A stretch of DNA of 61,828 bases, filler included. It is 4 parts of 4 records of this genome, joined end to end, with 100 filler letters (N's around TTAATTAATTAA, not from the genome) between each part and the next. Parts side by side here need not be neighbours in the genome. Positions count along the whole stretch, not along the records: positions 54,170 to 61,828 come from DRR723986_3168; 3 more parts are not named here. One strand, written 5' to 3'. Below, in pieces: positions 61,496 through 61,828 of the stretch. The first letter of the stretch is position 1. The number at the start of each line of letters is the position of its first letter. The notes beneath the pieces are model-generated. The model searched no databases. It had not been told where the DNA came from and saw only the letters and a list, made by a program, of their open reading frames with translations. Position numbers and translations under genes: made by a program.

Positions 61496-61828
61496 GCTTA
61501 AAAGCCGGGCGTGGTCTGCTTGATATCTGCCGTGTTAACTGTGATTGAGTGATTGTATTGCAGGGACGACCGCGGCTCAGCCATGACTGTCTGGCCTTTT
61601 ATGAGTTCTCTTGTTAGTAGCTGAGATAGTTGTGGCAAGACTTAGAGCCTTTGTGAGTAACGCGCCAAATTTGCTTGCAGATAATCACTGCGCATTCCGT
61701 AGGGAAATGCTACTGCTCACTTGTCGATTGCTCAGTTAAGCATGCATGGGGTCTTTGAGGCAGTCTGAGAGGCAGTCCGAGAGCAAGTCTTTGAGACATT
61801 GGGTTGGAAGCCGCCCCCACCAACAAAT

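Noticed and set aside
61757-61796. Degenerate 12-bp tandem repeat (GAGGCAGTCTGA) near the window end as a CRISPR remnant
   Set aside because: Units are too short, adjacent without spacers, and no cas genes are present.

Overview
The window is a concatenation of four unrelated sequence pieces joined by identical 100-nt artificial linkers (44 N + TTAATTAATTAA + 44 N at 24436-24535, 37343-37442 and 54070-54169). Pieces 1 (1-24435) and 3 (37443-54069) are GC-rich alphaproteobacterial DNA (Hyphomicrobiales, Roseibium/Labrenzia-like by gene content; inference). They carry TRAP dctP/GntR, hupE/ureJ, nadABC with NadQ-type boxes, a split glyQ...glyS locus, GGDEF-EAL and PilZ genes, udg, ETF-QO, napABC, a rhomboid-PAS-PilZ-BTLCP cluster, cysE, hydrolases and gpt. 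Pieces 2 (24536-37342) and 4 (54170-61828) come from a different, less GC-rich organism of the FCB group (a T9SS sorting tail and DUF2723 point there). They carry argS, a TPR protein, LOG, ygfZ, an S8 protease, an ABC transporter, hemW, DUF2723, a PLP dehydratase and DJ-1. No rRNA, tRNA, CRISPR, transposase or phage genes were seen. The best candidate for an undescribed system is a three-part RNA circuit in piece 3. A C-rich two-hairpin element 3' of the periplasmic BTLCP cysteine-peptidase gene is complementary to that gene's own G-rich ribosome-binding site (9 nt). It is also complementary to a terminated, G-rich minus-strand RNA encoded about 3 kb away (16 nt perfect, plus a second patch). 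That RNA lies next to a sigma-54 promoter and a CtrA-like box in a PAS-PilZ (c-di-GMP) cluster. The complementarities are seen directly; the regulatory model is inference.
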